Source: the human T2T-CHM13v2.0 reference genome, Homo sapiens. From it: a stretch of 64,000 bases of DNA. The translations under genes were made by a program, and so were the position numbers. A model generated the notes under the pieces. The model was not told the origin of the DNA and did not search any database. It was given only the letters and a program-made list of their open reading frames with translations. Of the stretch, positions 1-15,518 are shown piece by piece. The stretch lies in NCBI RefSeq assembly GCF_009914755.1, contig NC_060947.1; one strand, given 5' to 3'. Position 1 is the stretch's first letter. Each line of letters opens with the position of its first letter.

Positions 1-1625
1 TCTCTACAAGGATAACTACAAAATGCTGCTGAAAGAAATCATAGGTGACACAAACAAATAGAAAAACACTGATGCTCATGGAGTGGAAGAATCATTATCA
101 TTAAAATAACCATAATACTGCTCAAAGCAATCTACAGATTCAACGCTATTCCTGTCAAGTTATGAAAGCCATTTTTTTTCACAGAATTAGAAAACACCAT
201 TCTAAAATTCATACGGAACCAAAAAAAAGAGCCCAAATAGCCAAAGCTAAGAAAAAAGAGCAAAGCTGTGGGCATCACATTATCTGACTTCAAACTGTTA
301 TAGGGCTAGAGTAACCAAAAGAGCATGGCACTGGTACAAGAACAGCACATAAACCAATGAAACAGAATAAAGAACCCAGAAATAAAGCCACACACCAATA
401 GCCATTTGATTTTCAGCAAAGTTGGCAAAAATAAGCAATGAGGAAAAGACTCCTGATTCAATAAATGGTGCTTGGATACTGTATAGCTATATGCAGAAAA
501 ATGAAAGTGGACTCCTACCTTTCACCATATACAAAAATTAACTCAAGATGCATTAAAGATTTAAATGTAAGACCTCAAAACTATTATAATCATAGAAGAA
601 AACCTAGGAAACATCATTCTGGATATTAGCCTTGGGAAAGAATTTATGACTAAATCCTCAAAAGCCATGGGAACAAAAACAAAAATTGACAAGTGGGACC
701 TAATTAAACTAAAGAGTTTCTGCACAGCAAAAGAAACTATCAACAGAGTAAAGAGACAGCCTACAGAAGGTATGAAAATATTTGCAAACTGTGCATCCAA
801 CAAGGGTCTAATCTCCAGAATCTATAAGGAACTTAAACAATTTAATAAACAAAACATAAATAACTCCATTGCTCCATATCACTAATCATCAGGGAAATGC
901 AAATCAAAACCACAATCAGCCAGAATGGCTATTACTAAAAAGTCAAAAACAACAGATGCTAGCAATGCTGTGGAGAAAAGGGAATGCTTACACACTGTTA
1001 GTGGGAATGTAAATTAGTTCAGCCACTGTGTAAGGCAGTTTAGAGATTTCTCAAAGAACTTAGAACTACCATTCAACCCATCAATCACATTGCTGAGTAT
1101 ATATCCAAAATAAATCATTCTACCAGAAAGACACATGCACTGGTATGTTCATTGCAGCGCTATTCACACTAGCAAAGACATGGAATCAGCTTAGGTGCCC
1201 ATCAGCAGTGGACTGGATAAAGAAAATGTGGTACACATACACCTGGAATACTAGGGAGCCATACAAAAGAACACTATCATGTATTTTGCAGCAGCATGGA
1301 TGCAGCTGGTGGCCATTATCCTAAGTGAATTAACACAGGAACAGAAAACCAAATACCACATTTTCTCACTTATAAGTGGAAGCTAAACACTGAATACACA
1401 CGGACATAAAGATGGCAACAATAGACACTGGCAAGCACTCAGGGAGAAGTAGTCGGGGGGAAGGAGGCGAAGGGATGAAAGACTATTACATACTATGCTC
1501 AATATCTGGGTGATGGGATCAGTCATACCCCAAACCTCAGCATCACACAATACATCCATGTAAGAAACCAGTACATGTACCCTCTGAATCTAAAATAAAA
1601 GTTGAAATTATTTTTTAATTTAAAA
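1..1625 (+). mobile_element. Old primate LINE-1 3' portion (ORF2 C-terminus + 3'UTR; L1PA15/16- or L1PB-like), truncated by window edge
   Basis: ORF 646-885 reads [30 protein letters not shown] (L1 ORF2p). L1 3'UTR ends aatctaaaataaaagttgaaatt plus an A-rich tail. Confidence 0.9.
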
Positions 1626-1659
1626 AAGTGTACACAAGTTTTAAAAATTAAAATAAATG

Positions 1660-2421
1660 GAATTGATATACAATAGTTGTACATATTACATATTTTAGGG
1701 GTACATGTGATATTTTGATATATGTATATGATGCATAATTAAATCAGGGTAACTGGGATATCCATCATCTCTAACATTTATCTTTTCCTTGTGTTAGGGA
1801 CATTACAGTTCTCTTCTAGCTATTTTGAAATGTATAACAAATCATCATTAACTATAATCTCTCTGCTATACTATCAAATAATAGAATGTATTCCTTCTAT
1901 ATAACAATATGTTTGTATCTATTAACCCACTTCTCTTCATCCCCCTCTCTTCTACCCTTCCCAGCCTGTAGTATACACTATTCTACTCTCTATGTCTATG
2001 ACATCTACTTTTTAAGGTCCCATATATAAGTGAGAACATGTAATATTTGCTTTTCTGCACATGGCTTATTTCACTTAACATAATGACCTCAAGTTTCACT
2101 TATGTTGCTACAAATGACAGAATTTCTTTCTGTTTCCTAGCTAAGTAATATTACATTATATGGAGATTCCATATTTTTTATTCATTCATTTGTTGAGGGG
2201 CACTTAGGTTGCTTCCAAATCTTGACTATTGTGAATAGTGCTGCATTAAATGTGGGAATCCAGATATCTCTTTGATATACTGATTTCTCTACTTTGGGAT
2301 ATATACCCAGCGGAGAGATTGCTGGATAAAATGATAGTTCTATTTTCATCTTTTTGAGGAACTACCAAATTGTTCATCCCAGTGGTTGTACAAATTTACA
2401 TTCCCACTAACAGTATTTGAG
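1660..2421 (-). mobile_element. L1MA-type LINE-1 3' end (antisense); continues at 4714-4784 and 6381-6415
   Basis: Reverse-complement L1 3'UTR/ORF2 end (gggtacatgtgatattttgata...ttacattcccactaacag). The sequence resumes after the THE1 insertion and again after the following L1. Confidence 0.8.
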
Positions 2422-4713
2422 TGTTTTAGTCCGTTCTCATGCTGCTATAAAGAACTGCCCAAGACTGGGTAATTTATAAAGAAAAGAGGTTTAACTGACT
2501 CACAGTTCTGCATTGCTGGGGAGGTTTCAGGAAACTTACAATCATGGCAGAAGGCAAAGGAGAAGTGGGCACTTTCTTCACGGGGGGGCAGAACAGAGTG
2601 AGTGCAAGCAGAGGAAATGCCAGACACTTATAAAACGATCAGATCTCATGAGACTCACTCACTATCATAACAACAGCATGGGGAAACTGCCTCCATGATC
2701 CGATTATCTCTGTGTGATCACACCCTTGACATGTGGGGATTATGATAATTACAATTCAAGGTGAGATTTGGGTGGGGACATAGAGCCAAACCATATCATT
2801 CCACCGCCCCCTCTGACACCTCCCAAATATCATGTCTTTTCATATTTCAAAACCAATCATGCCTTCCCAACACTCCCCAAAAATCTTATTTCAGCATTAA
2901 CACAGAAGTCCACAGTCCAAAGTCTCATCTAAGACAAGGCAAATCTCTTCTGCCTATGAATCTGTAAAATCAAAAGCATGTTAGTTACTTCCTAGATACA
3001 ATGGAGGTACAGGCATTGAGTAAATACACCTGTTCCAAATGGGAGAAATAGGTCAAAACAAAGGGGCAACAGGCCCCATGCAAGTCCAAAATCTAACAGG
3101 GCAGTCATTAAACCTTAAAGTTCCAAAATGATCTCCTTTGACTCCATGTCTCACATGCAGGTCAAGCTGATGTAAGGTGGCTCCTGTGGTCTTGGGCAGT
3201 TCTGCCCGTGGCTCTGCAGGGTACAGCCCCACTCCCAGCTGCTTTTGTGGGCTGATGTTGAGTGTCTGCCACTTTTCTAACTGCACAGTACAAGCTGTTG
3301 GTGGATCTACCATTCAGGGGTCTGGAGGACAGTGACCCTCTTCTCACAGATCCACTAGGCAGTGCCCCAGTGGGGACTCTGTGGGGGGGGTTCTGACCCC
3401 ACATTTGCCTTCTGCACTGCCCTACCAGAGGTTCGCCATGAGGGATTCACTCCTCCAGCAAACTTCTGCCTAGACATCCAGGTGTTTCCATATATCCTCT
3501 GAAGTCTAGGCAGAGGTTCCCAAACCTTAATTCTTGACTTTTGTGCACCCATGGGCTCAACACCATGTGGAACCTGCCAAGGCTTGGGGCTTGCACCCTC
3601 TGAAGCAATGACCTGAGCTTTACCTTGGCTGCTTTTAGCCATGGTTGGAGCTGAAGCAGCTGGGACACAGGACACCATGTCATGAAGCTGCATAGGGCAG
3701 GGGGGCAGTGGGACCGGCCCAGGAAACCATTTTCCCTCCTAGGCCTCTGGGCCTGTGATGGGAGGGGCTGCCCTGAAGTTCTCTGATATGCCCTGGAGAC
3801 ATTTTCCCCATTGTCTTGGTGATTAACCTTTGGCTCCTGGTTACTTATGCAAATTTCTGCAGTGAGCTTGAATTTCTCCCCAGAAAATGGGTTTTTCTTT
3901 TCTATTGCATAGTTAGGCTACAAATTTTCCAAACTTTTATGCTCTGCTTCCTCTTGAATGCTTTGCAACTTAGAAATTTGTTCTGCCAGATACCCTAAAT
4001 CATCCATCTCAAAGTTCCACAGATCTCTAGGGCAGGTGCAAAATGCCACCGCCCTCTTTGCTAAAGCATAGGAAGAGTCATCTTTGCTCCAGTTCCCAAC
4101 AAGTTCCTCATCTCCATCTGAGACCACCTCAGCTTGGACTTTGTTGTCCTTTCCTACATCTTCCTGTCTTCTGAACCCTACAAGTCTCTAGGAAGTTCTA
4201 AACTTTCCCACATTTTCCTGTCTTCTTTTGAGCCCTCCAAACTGTTTCAACCTCTGCCTGTTACCCAGTTCCAAAGTCACTTCCACATTTTTGGGTATCC
4301 TTATAGCAGTGCCCCACTACCTTGGTACCAATTTACTGTATTAGTCCATTCCCATGATGCTATAAGGAACTGCCAGAGACTGGGTAATTTATAAAGGAAA
4401 GAGGTTTAATTGACTCACAGTTCTGAATTGCTGGGGAGGCTCAGGAAACTTACAATCATGGCAGAAGGCAAAGGAGCAGCAGGCACCTTCTTCACAGGGC
4501 AGCAGGATGGAGTGAGTGCAAGCAGGGAAAATGCTAGACGCTTACAGAAACCATCAGATCTTGTGAGCCTCACTCACTATCATGAGAACAGCATGGCAGA
4601 AACAGCCCCATGATCCGATTACCTCCACCTGGTCACGCCCTTAACACATGGGGATTATGGGGATTACAATTCGAGGTGAGATTTGGGTGGGGACACAGAG
4701 CCAAACCATATCA
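2422..4713 (-). mobile_element. Full-length THE1 (THE1C/D-like) MaLR: LTR 2422-2798, internal 2799-4336, LTR 4337-4713
   Basis: Two ~375-bp direct repeats, both ending gagccaaaccatatca (reverse complement of the THE1 start TGATATGGTTTGG), around a typical THE1 internal region. Degenerate 5-bp TSD ttgag/atggg. Confidence 0.92.
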
Positions 4714-4784
4714 ATGGGTATTTCCTTTTATCTGCATCCTTGCCAGCATTCATTATCTTTTATCTTTTTCATAATAGCAACTTT

Positions 4785-6380
4785 AGGCCATACTGTCCAA
4801 AGAAATTTATAGATTCAATGCTATTCCTATCAAACTATCAACAACATTCTTAACAGAACTAGAATAAACTATTTTAAAATTCATATGGAACCCAAAACAG
4901 AGCCTGAATAGCCAAGGCAATCCTAACCAAAAAGAACAAAGCTGGAGGCATCACATTATCCAACTTCAAACTATACTACAGGGCTACAGTAATCAAAACG
5001 GCATGGTACTGGTACAAAAACAGACAGACACATAGACCAATGGAACAGAACAGAGATTCCAGAAATAATGCTGCACACCTACAACCATCTAATCTTCAGT
5101 AAAACTGACAAAAACAAGCAATGGGGAAAGGACTTCCTATTCAACACATGGTGCTGGGATAACTGGCTAGCTATATGCAGAAGATTGAAACTGGACCCCT
5201 TCCTTACACCATATATAAAAATCAATTCAAGATGGACTAAACACTTAAATGTAAAACCCCAAACTATAAAAACCCTGGAAAATAGCTAGGAATACCATCC
5301 TGGATAGGAACTGGCAAAGATTTCATGACTAAGACACCAAAAGCAATTGCAACAAAAGAAAAATTGACAAATGAGTTCTAATTAAGCTGATGACCTTATG
5401 TACAGCAAAAGAAACTATCAACAGAGTGAACAAATAACCTACAGAATAGGACAAGATGTTTGCAAACTATGCATCTGACAAAGGTCTAATATCCAGAATC
5501 TATAAGGAACGTAAATTTATAAGAAAAAAACCTCATTAAAAAGTGGGCAAAGGACATGAACAGACAGTTCTCAAAAGAAGACTTTCATGCAGCCAACAAG
5601 CATAAATAAAAACACTCAGTATCACTGATTGTTAGAGAAATGCAAATCAAAACCACATGAGATATCATCTCACACCAGTCAGAATGGCCATTATTGAAAA
5701 GTCAAAAAATAACAGATGCTGGTAAGTTGCAGAGAAAAAGGGACACTTCTACACTGCTGGTGGGAGTCCAAATTAGTGAAACCACTGTGAAAGACAGTGT
5801 GGCAATTCCTCAAAGAACTAAAACAGAACTATCATTTGATTCAACAATCCAATTACTGAGTATATACCCAAAGGAATATAAATTTTTCTACCATGAAGAC
5901 ACATGTATGTGTATGTTCACTGCAGCACTATTCACAATAGCAAAGACATCAAATCAACCTAAATACCCATCAACAGTAGACTGGATAAAGAAAGCGTGGT
6001 ACACATATACCATGGAATACTATGCAGCCATCAAAAAGAATGATATCATGCCCTTTGCAGGAACAATTGATGGATCTGGAGGCCATTATCCTTAGCAAAC
6101 TAACGCAAGAACAGAAAACCAAATACCATATGTTCTTGCTTATAAGTGAGAGCTAAATAATGAGAACAAATTGACATAAAAGGGAACAACAGACACTGGG
6201 CCCTACTTGAGGGAGGAAGGTGGGAGGAAAGAGGATCAGAAAAAATAATTATTAGGTACTGTGCTTAGTACCTGGGTGATGAAATAATCTGTACACAAAA
6301 CCCCCATGACATGAGTTCACCTATATAACAAACCTGCACAGGTACCAATGAACCTAAAATAAAAGTTAAAAATAAAAGAC
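4785..6380 (+). mobile_element. 5'-truncated L1PA (L1PA13-16-like)
   Basis: ORF2 fragments ([28 protein letters not shown]; [12 protein letters not shown]), 3'UTR and A tail. Degenerate TSD aatagcaactt (4773) / aatagccattt (6381). Confidence 0.85.
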
Positions 6381-6415
6381 AATAGCCATTTCAACTGGGA
6401 TGAGATCATATCTCA

Positions 6416-9400
6416 CAGCAAAACCTGTGATATACAGTGAAAGAAGTACTAAGAAGAAAGTTTGTAGCTATAAGTGCCTACATCAAAAAACTAGAAAAAT
6501 TTCAAATCACCAACGTAATGATGCATCTTAAAGAACTAAAAAAGAGCAAGCAAAACCCAAAATTAGAAGAAATAAAAATCAGAGCAGAAATAAATGAAAT
6601 TGAAATAAAAAACATATGAAAGATCAACAAAAAGTTGCCTTCTTGAAAAGACAAGCAAAATCAAAAAACTTTCAGCCAGACTAAGAATAAAAGAGAGAGG
6701 ACCCAAATAAATAAAATTAGAGATGAAAAAGGAGACATTATAACCAATACCTCAGAAATTCAGAGGATCATTATAGGCTACTATGATAAATTATATGCCA
6801 AAAAATTAGTAAATGTAGCAGAAATGGATAAATTCCTAGACACATACAACCTTTCAAGATTGAACCATGAAGAAATCTAAAATCGGAACAGACCAATAAC
6901 AAGTAATGAGATAAAGCATTTAAAGAAGAATAGAATACCAATTCTACTCAACCTATCCTGAAAATAGAGGAGCAGGGAATATTTCCAAACTCATTCTATG
7001 AAGTCAGTATTACCCTGATACCAAAACCAGACAATGACTCATCAAAAGAAAGAAAACTATAAGCCAGTATCTCTGATGAATATTTATATAAAAATCCTCA
7101 ACAAAATGCTAGCAAACCAAATTCAACAACACATTAAAAATATCATTTATCATGACTAAATGATATTTATCCCAGGGATGCAAGGATGACTCAACACACA
7201 CAAATCAAATCAATGGGATACATCATATCAACAGAATGAAGGACAAAATCTATATGATCATTTCATTTGATGCTGAAAACGCATTTGGTATAATTCTACA
7301 TTCCTTCATGATATAAACCCTCAAAAAATTGAGGATAGAAGGAACATACCCCAACACAATAAAAGCCATATACAACAGACCCACAGCTAGTATCACACTG
7401 AATAAAGAAAAAGCAAAAGCCTTTCTTCTAAGAACTGGAACATGATAAAGGATGCCCACTTTCAACACTGTGCCAGAAGTCCTATCTAATGCAATCAGAC
7501 AAGAGAAAGAAATAAAGGGCATCCAAATTGGAAAGGAAGAAATCAAATTATCCTTGTTTACAGATGATATGATCTTATATTTGGACACACCTAAAGACTC
7601 CACCTAAAGACTTCCAAGACCTGTTAAAACTGACAAATTCAGTAAACTTGTAAGAAACAGTATCAATATACAAAAATCTGTAGCACTCATATATGCCAAC
7701 AGCAAACAATCAGAAAAAGAAATTTTAAAAGTAATCGCATTTACAATAACTGCAAATAAAATTAAATACATAGGAATTAACTTGACCAAAGAAGTGAAAG
7801 AGCTCTACAATAAAAACAATAAAACATTGATGAAAGAAATAGAACACAAAAAAATGGAAATATCTTCCATGTCCATAAAATGGACAATGTCCATTAAAAA
7901 ATCAATGAGGTTAAAATGTTCACAGTACCCAAAGCAATCTATAGAGTCAATGCAATCCCTATCAAAATACCAATGACATTCTTCACAGAAACAGAAAAAA
8001 AATCCTAAAATTTATGTGGAATCACTAAAGACCCCAATTAGCCAAAGCTATCCTGAGAAAAAAAGAACAAAACTCGAAGAATTATATTACCTGACTTCAA
8101 ATTATACTACAGAGATATAGTAGCCAAAAGAGCATGGTACTGACATAAAAACAGACAGACAAATGGAACAAAAGGGAGAACCCAGATATAACTCCATCCA
8201 TCTACAGTGAACTCATTTTCAACAAAGGTGTCATAGTATACATTGAAGAAAGGACAGTCTCTTCAATAAGTGATGCCAGGAAAACTGACTATCCATATGG
8301 AGAAGAATAAAACTAGACCCCTATCTTTCACCATATACAATAATCAAATCAACGTGAATCACAGACTTAAAACTGAGACCTTGGACTATGAAACTACTGA
8401 AAGAAAACATTGGGGAAACTGCCCAGGACATTGGACTGGCAAAGATTTCTGGAATAATACCCCACGAGCACAGGCAACCAAAGCAAAAATGGACACATGG
8501 GATCACATCAAGTTCAAAAGCTTCTGCAAAGCAAAGGAAACAATCAACAAAGTGAAGAGACAACCCACAGAATGGGAGAAAATATTTGCAAACCATCCAT
8601 CTGCCAAGAGCTTAATAACCAGAATATATAAGGAGCTCAAACCCTTCAATGGCAAAAAGTCTAATAATCCAATGAAAAATGGGCAAAAGATCTGAATAGA
8701 CATTTCTCAAAAGAACACATACAAATGGCAAACAGGCATAGGAAAAGTTGCCCAACATCACTGATTATCAGATATATGCAAATCAAAACTACAATGAGAT
8801 ATCATCTCATCTCAGTTAAAATGGCTTTTTTTCCCCAAAAGATAGCCAATAACAAATGCTGGCGAGGATCTGGAGAAAAAAGAACCACCATACACTGTTA
8901 GTGGGAATGTAAATTAGTACAACCACTATAATGAACAGTGTGGAAGTTCCTCAATAAACTAAAAATAGAACTATCATATGATCCAGCAATCCCACTGCTA
9001 GATATATACCCCAAAGAAAGGAAATTAGTATATCAAGGAGATATCTGTACTCCCATATTTATTGCTACACTATTCACAGTAACCAAGATCTGGAAGCAAC
9101 CTAAGTGTCCATGAACAGATGAATGGATAAAGAAAATGTGGTACATATACACAATGGAGTACTATTCAGCCATAAAAAAGAATGAGATCCTGTCATTTGC
9201 ACCATGGATAGAACTGGAGGTCATTATGTGAAGTAAAATAAGCCAGGCACAGAAAGACAAACTTTGCATGTTCTTGCTTATTTATGGGAGCTAAAAACTT
9301 AAACAATTGTGAAATAGAGAGTAGAATGATGGTTACCAGAGGCTGAGATGGGTAGTGGGTGGGAATGAGTGAGTGCTGATGGTAAATAGGGACAAAATCA

Positions 9401-9655
9401 TAGACAGAATGAATAATATCTAGATTTGATAGTACAGGATGACTATAGTCAACTATTATACATTTTTAAATAACTAAAAGAGTATAATAGGATTGGAACA
9501 CAAATAAAGGGTAAATGCCTAAGGTGAGGGATACCCTATTTTCCCTGATTTGAATACAATGCATTGTATTCCTGTATCAAAATACCTCATGTACCCCATA
9601 AATATATATACCTAATATGTACCCACAAAAATTAAAAAAAGAAAAAAAGAAAAAC
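6416..9655 (+). mobile_element. L1MA (L1MA1-3-like) 3' 3.2 kb, decayed ORF2
   Basis: ORF2 remnants (VLRRKFVAISAYIKK; [37 protein letters not shown]), L1MA-type 3'UTR and A tail at ~9630-9655. Confidence 0.88.
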
Positions 9656-10369
9656 CATCAGCTTGTACACTTATGATTTGCATAAATTTATGTATCTTTA
9701 CTTGAAAAAATTAAGACTGGCTTCCAGATCAGAGCACAACCAAGACTTACTATATCTACTAAAAGAATGCATAAGTCAAAAGATGGTTGGTTGGTCAGGG
9801 ATGGAAACAAATACTGACAATTCCCTTCTGAACACTGGACTTATCTTTAGTCTCATGCTCTTAATGAGAAAACTATAGATATAGATATGTTAAATGTAAG
9901 TTAGCTCTCCCCCACCCCATCGTCTGGTTCCTATGCCACTATAGCCAATTATTCTTCACTCTACACCAATCTAGATCTAGAAATCAGACTTAGCTTCAGG
10001 TTCATTCTATCTTACATATGTACACACACATACTCCTTTCATACTCACCAGATGTGAGGCCTAGATTTTCTCCAGGCATCGTAGGATCTTCAGAATAAGG
10101 ATGAAGCCAGCAATGAGGATTTCAGTAAATCACCAATCTCTTTCTTGAATCTTCTTTCTCTGACACACTGATATAAACCCTTCCATTATGTAGTCCCTAC
10201 CTGTACCCTCTCCTGTCTGCTGGCTCACTCCTTCTGGATGCCTTCCTCACCCTACCCCCTAGGAACCAAAAATATAATTCTCTTATATTCTGTTCTATCA
10301 AGCCTCTGGAAGTTCTGAGATGCCAAGAATAGGAATTGGGAAGGAAGGTTACAACAGAGGTGACATGAT

Positions 10370-11320
10370 ATATGTCTTTGAGTCCTTAGCATGGCATTCA
10401 AGGTTCCTCATAATCTTACTCTTGCTAATCTCATTAAAATCATCTCCCTACACCATTTCCATTCACATTTAACACGTGTGTTTGCAGCTCCACTTCACCC
10501 ATACACCATTCTATTTCTAACCTCTGAGCCATTGCTCACACAATTCTTTTTTGTCTGAATTACCCCCGTATCTCTTAAACCATCTGCTTATCCATTTACA
10601 CATAACTGAAGTGCCATCTCTTCCAAAAAGTCTTCCTTTACCATAACATTTACAACACTCTAATAAAATTACCTATGTGTTTGTCTCTCCCACCAGATTG
10701 TGAGAGCTTTCAGGGCAGAACTATTTCTCTGATTTTCCTCTCTAAGCCTCACTGTACTGTAGGTGTTTAACAAACACCTTCTCACTGTACAGTGTCAATG
10801 AAATAGAATAGAAGGGGCAATCATTTTGAGGGAAAGGAACAAGGGGAGTAGATTATGTGTGATTTAGAATCACACATACCTGGATTTGAATCTCTGCTGC
10901 CAATTTCATAGCAGAGGGGCCTGGCCAAGCTCCTATGTCCTCCTCCATGTAGTGAATTGACTCATAGTGCACGTATGAGTCAGTAAATGGGAGAGAGAAA
11001 CACAAGACTTCAGGGTCAGGTTGCCTGGGTTCATATCAGCTTCATTACTAACTTCTAGTGTGACCATAAGAAATTTTCTGACCCTCTCTATGCCTCAGTT
11101 CTCTCATTTGAAAAATAAGCTTTGTAATAATTCATTTCTCTTAGAGCTTCTGGAAGGATTAAATTGTGATGAAACCTGATAGAATAGCACTATGCAAATG
11201 TTAAATCGTTATTAAAGTTAGCAATTATTATCACATAAAATGGGGATCATAATACTACTTATTTCAAAGGTACTATAAGCATATACAGTGGATGAGTAAA
11301 TGATAGTTGTTACCATTAAT
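10370..11320. mobile_element. Cluster of L2 3'-end and MIR fragments
   Basis: L2-like (agcatggcattcaaggttcctcataatct...ccagattgtgag) and MIR core motifs (ctgggttcatat...ctctatgcctcagttctctcatttgaaaaat; aaaatggggatcataata). Confidence 0.6.
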
Positions 11321-11446
11321 TTATATATGTCAAATAAAGAACATTTATATATTTTTACAAAGAAACTAGAGTGTAGCTGAGGTAGGAAAAATAAATTCTG
11401 AGAACTAAAATATCATTCTAAAACTCTACTTAAAACAAAAATCTTA

Positions 11447-11740
11447 GGCCAGGCATGGTGGCTCACACCTGTAATCCCTCCTTTGGGAGGCCAAGGCCGG
11501 CAGATTACCTGAGGTCAGGAGTTTGAGACCAGCCTGGCCAACATGGCGAAACCCCGTCTCTACTAAAAATACAAAAATTAGCCCGGCATGCTGGTGGATT
11601 CCTGTAATCCCAGCAAGTTGGGAGGCTGAGGTACAAGGATCGATTGCTTGAATCCGGAAGGTGGAGGTTGCAATGAGCCAAGATCGTGCCACTGCACTCC
11701 AGCCTGGGCAACAAAGTGAGACTCCGCCTCAAAAAAAAAA
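11447..11740 (+). mobile_element. AluS
   Basis: ggccaggcatggtggctcacacctgtaatccc...A tail. TSD aaaaatctt on both sides. Confidence 0.95.
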
Positions 11741-13139
11741 ATCTTGCCCAATCCTAGTCAATTTTCAGCATCACTACAGAGAAGAAAAAACAAAAGAGGA
11801 TTTAATATTATGTACTAACACATGCAGTGAAAATGACATAGGCTTCGGAGTCAGATACGACACACCTGCATTCTAATCCTGGTCCTATCACTTAAGTCAT
11901 TGTTTCCAATAAAGCATCAGTATTTAGGGTTTTTCCTTGGAAGATGTCTTCCAATACGTTTCTTCACTGTATTCAGCAATTTTTTTAAAACAATCCCGAG
12001 GCAAGCAATGCCTGGAAGATGCGGTTGAGAATAAAAATGAATGACATTGTCACTAAGGGTGAGCTCAAGGTAATGAAAACTGCATGAGACACTGGGGCCA
12101 GACAGACCTGGAGTTGAAAACGGTTTCCACCTCTGCCTTGCTATGAGACCTTGGGTAAGTTACATAAACTCTCTGGCTCTCAGACGACTCTTCTGTAAAT
12201 TGAGATAATAATAGTATCTGCTTCACAATCACGTCCTCTGAGAGGAGCCTATGCTGATCCTGCCCACCTACCTATGGCTGTGGTTAAGGAGTCTTAGTCT
12301 GTGTTCCCAGAGCCCACTGTTGTTGTTATTTTACAGATGAAAGGCATAGATGTCATTCTGGGTTACCCTGAAAGAACCAAGAATGTGAACCCAAAGATTA
12401 GTGGAATTGTCAAAAACAGATGAGCCTCACACTTACAAGGAGACAGCTCTCTCAAGTTTCCTGTTTCTTCTTTAACCATTCATCCCCAGTCCATCTCAGT
12501 CTGCAGCTTTTCTCTTTGTGTCTCTCTATGCATTCTCATCATACTCCTAAACGACTTACAATTCTTCACTTGAAGCCCTTTCATGTAATTTTTCTGTGTG
12601 TCTGGCTACCACACAAGACTGTGAGATGCTTGAGGAAAAGGATCGAGTTATGTTGGCTTTTACCCACCCAGCAACCAGAACACTTCCTGAATCTTGGCAC
12701 AAAAACTAAAAATACATCCAACGAAAACTGAAAACTTATTGAAAAAAAAGTTTAGAAATAATATGTATATATATACATATATATAATATATCCAGTTCCT
12801 CTCTGCTGTATTAAATATTTCAAATAAATAAACTCCCCATTGCATCTGGGATATATTATTCCCTTTTTTAAAATATGAGATTACTGGGAACCAGAGAACT
12901 TCGGAGTCATTTCCATGGTTACAGGGCAGGTATGTAACAGCATGAGCACGGAAACCCTGGTATGTAATGCCAACGCACACAAGGACGGCAGCATAGGCAA
13001 TCTCCATACCTATGTGTGGACAATGTAAAAATACCTCTTGGGAGAAGGGGCTGCAAATACAGTTTACCAACATGTTACACCAGTAAAGCTGTCATTTTGA
13101 GATAAAGGGAAGGGTCTCCCGGACCCATTTTCAACAAGT

Positions 13140-14060
<921 letters not shown>

Positions 14061-15220
14061 CTGGATCTGTCTTTCAGAGTAGTGGCTTACCCTGCAGCCT
14101 CATTTCTCTGATAAGTATTTTTTTAAAGCCATTGATTCAGTTTGTTCATCTTTTTCTTGTTGGAAGAAGGGGGTGGGGTGACAATTTCCAGCTTCTTTAC
14201 ATGAAAGAGCTGAAACCAGAAGTCTCGCTTGTGACCATTTTTGCAATATACTACAATCACTATAAGCCTATGATTTAGAAATATCATGGTAAATGCCTGA
14301 GAAGCAGAAAAAATAGTTGAAAGAAGTTTTCTCAGGGAGCCAGAGCAGGAGTGGGGGCGAGTATGGATTTAGATTCAAATGATTTCTGGTTTCATTAAAG
14401 GCTAGTGTTATTCTTTAAGAACTTTTAAGATCATGTATGTATATTATTTTGAGAAAATTAAAGAATAAGTGATGCATTTTATGTAGAAATAATCTATATA
14501 AATTCTACATAGAAAAATACGTAGAAATACCAAGTTTAATTTCAAGATTAAATAAATGCTCAAAAATACATACAATTCCTAAAACAGTTATTACCACTTA
14601 CTTGTTAATGTTAGTTGTGACTGTTTATAAATTAACGTGCACATTTTACTCTTGATCCAAATGCTACTGTTTGAACATTAATTGGCTTAAGTAATAATTT
14701 TTAAATTGTACTTCACAAAATTTAGAGGAAACAATGCAAGGGAAGGGACTATATTCCCATTTCCCTGATGAAGACACTAAAGCTTAAAAGATTAGGTAAC
14801 TTGCTGAAAGTCATGCACTAAGTAAGTGGTTGACTGGCACAGTCTCACAAATCCATCTGCTGTTATGTATACCTCTCTCCCTCTACACATTTTTGAATAG
14901 CCATGCCTTTATCAGAAAAAATGGTGTTACTCTTCCACTAGGATTGGGAACCAAAATTACTGATAAAAGTACAAGGAGAGTTGAATACGATCTTTCAGTT
15001 CTTTTCAAGAATCACAAATCCCTAAGCCAATAAAAAAGTTTAGAAGCTAGAAGCAAAGACAGAGATCTTCCAAATTTGTTTAATGAAGGAAGTCTAAACT
15101 CTGATTCCAAAACCTGGCAAAGATAGTTCACTACACACAAAGAAAGATGTGGATCTCTCTCACTTATTAACTTATATTTAATTTTTTATTAATAAAATTT
15201 GGGTCCATAAAATTAAACTG

Positions 15221-15387
15221 TATATAAAAATCTATCATATCCTGGTAGTTTCCTAGTCATGAGAGCATGATGTAATATTAGGAAATATTTTAATTAACCC
15301 TCCACAGTATATAAAAATCCATCATATCCTGGTAGTTTTCTAGTCATGAGAGCATGGTGTAATATTAAGAAATATTTTAATTAACCC
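15221..15387. repeat. Direct duplication, two ~80-bp copies (period 87) inside an old L1M fragment (~15040-15470)
   Basis: tatataaaaatc(t/c)atcatatcctggtagttt...taattaaccc at 15221-15300 and 15308-15387, 4 mismatches. Confidence 0.9.
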
Positions 15388-15518
15388 ATTATATCAATAG
15401 GTCAAAGGAGAAAAATCCTATCATCTGAGGTGCTGAACAAAGAATTCAATAAATTCAATCAATCTGATGCACTCTGCAGTCGTTCTAAGTTCTTGTCTAC
15501 TAAAATCCTCGACTACTA

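Noticed and set aside
2696-2706. DUX4 site in the THE1 LTRs
   Set aside because: Reads TGATCCGATTA in both LTRs, deviating from the TGATT-core DUX4 consensus.
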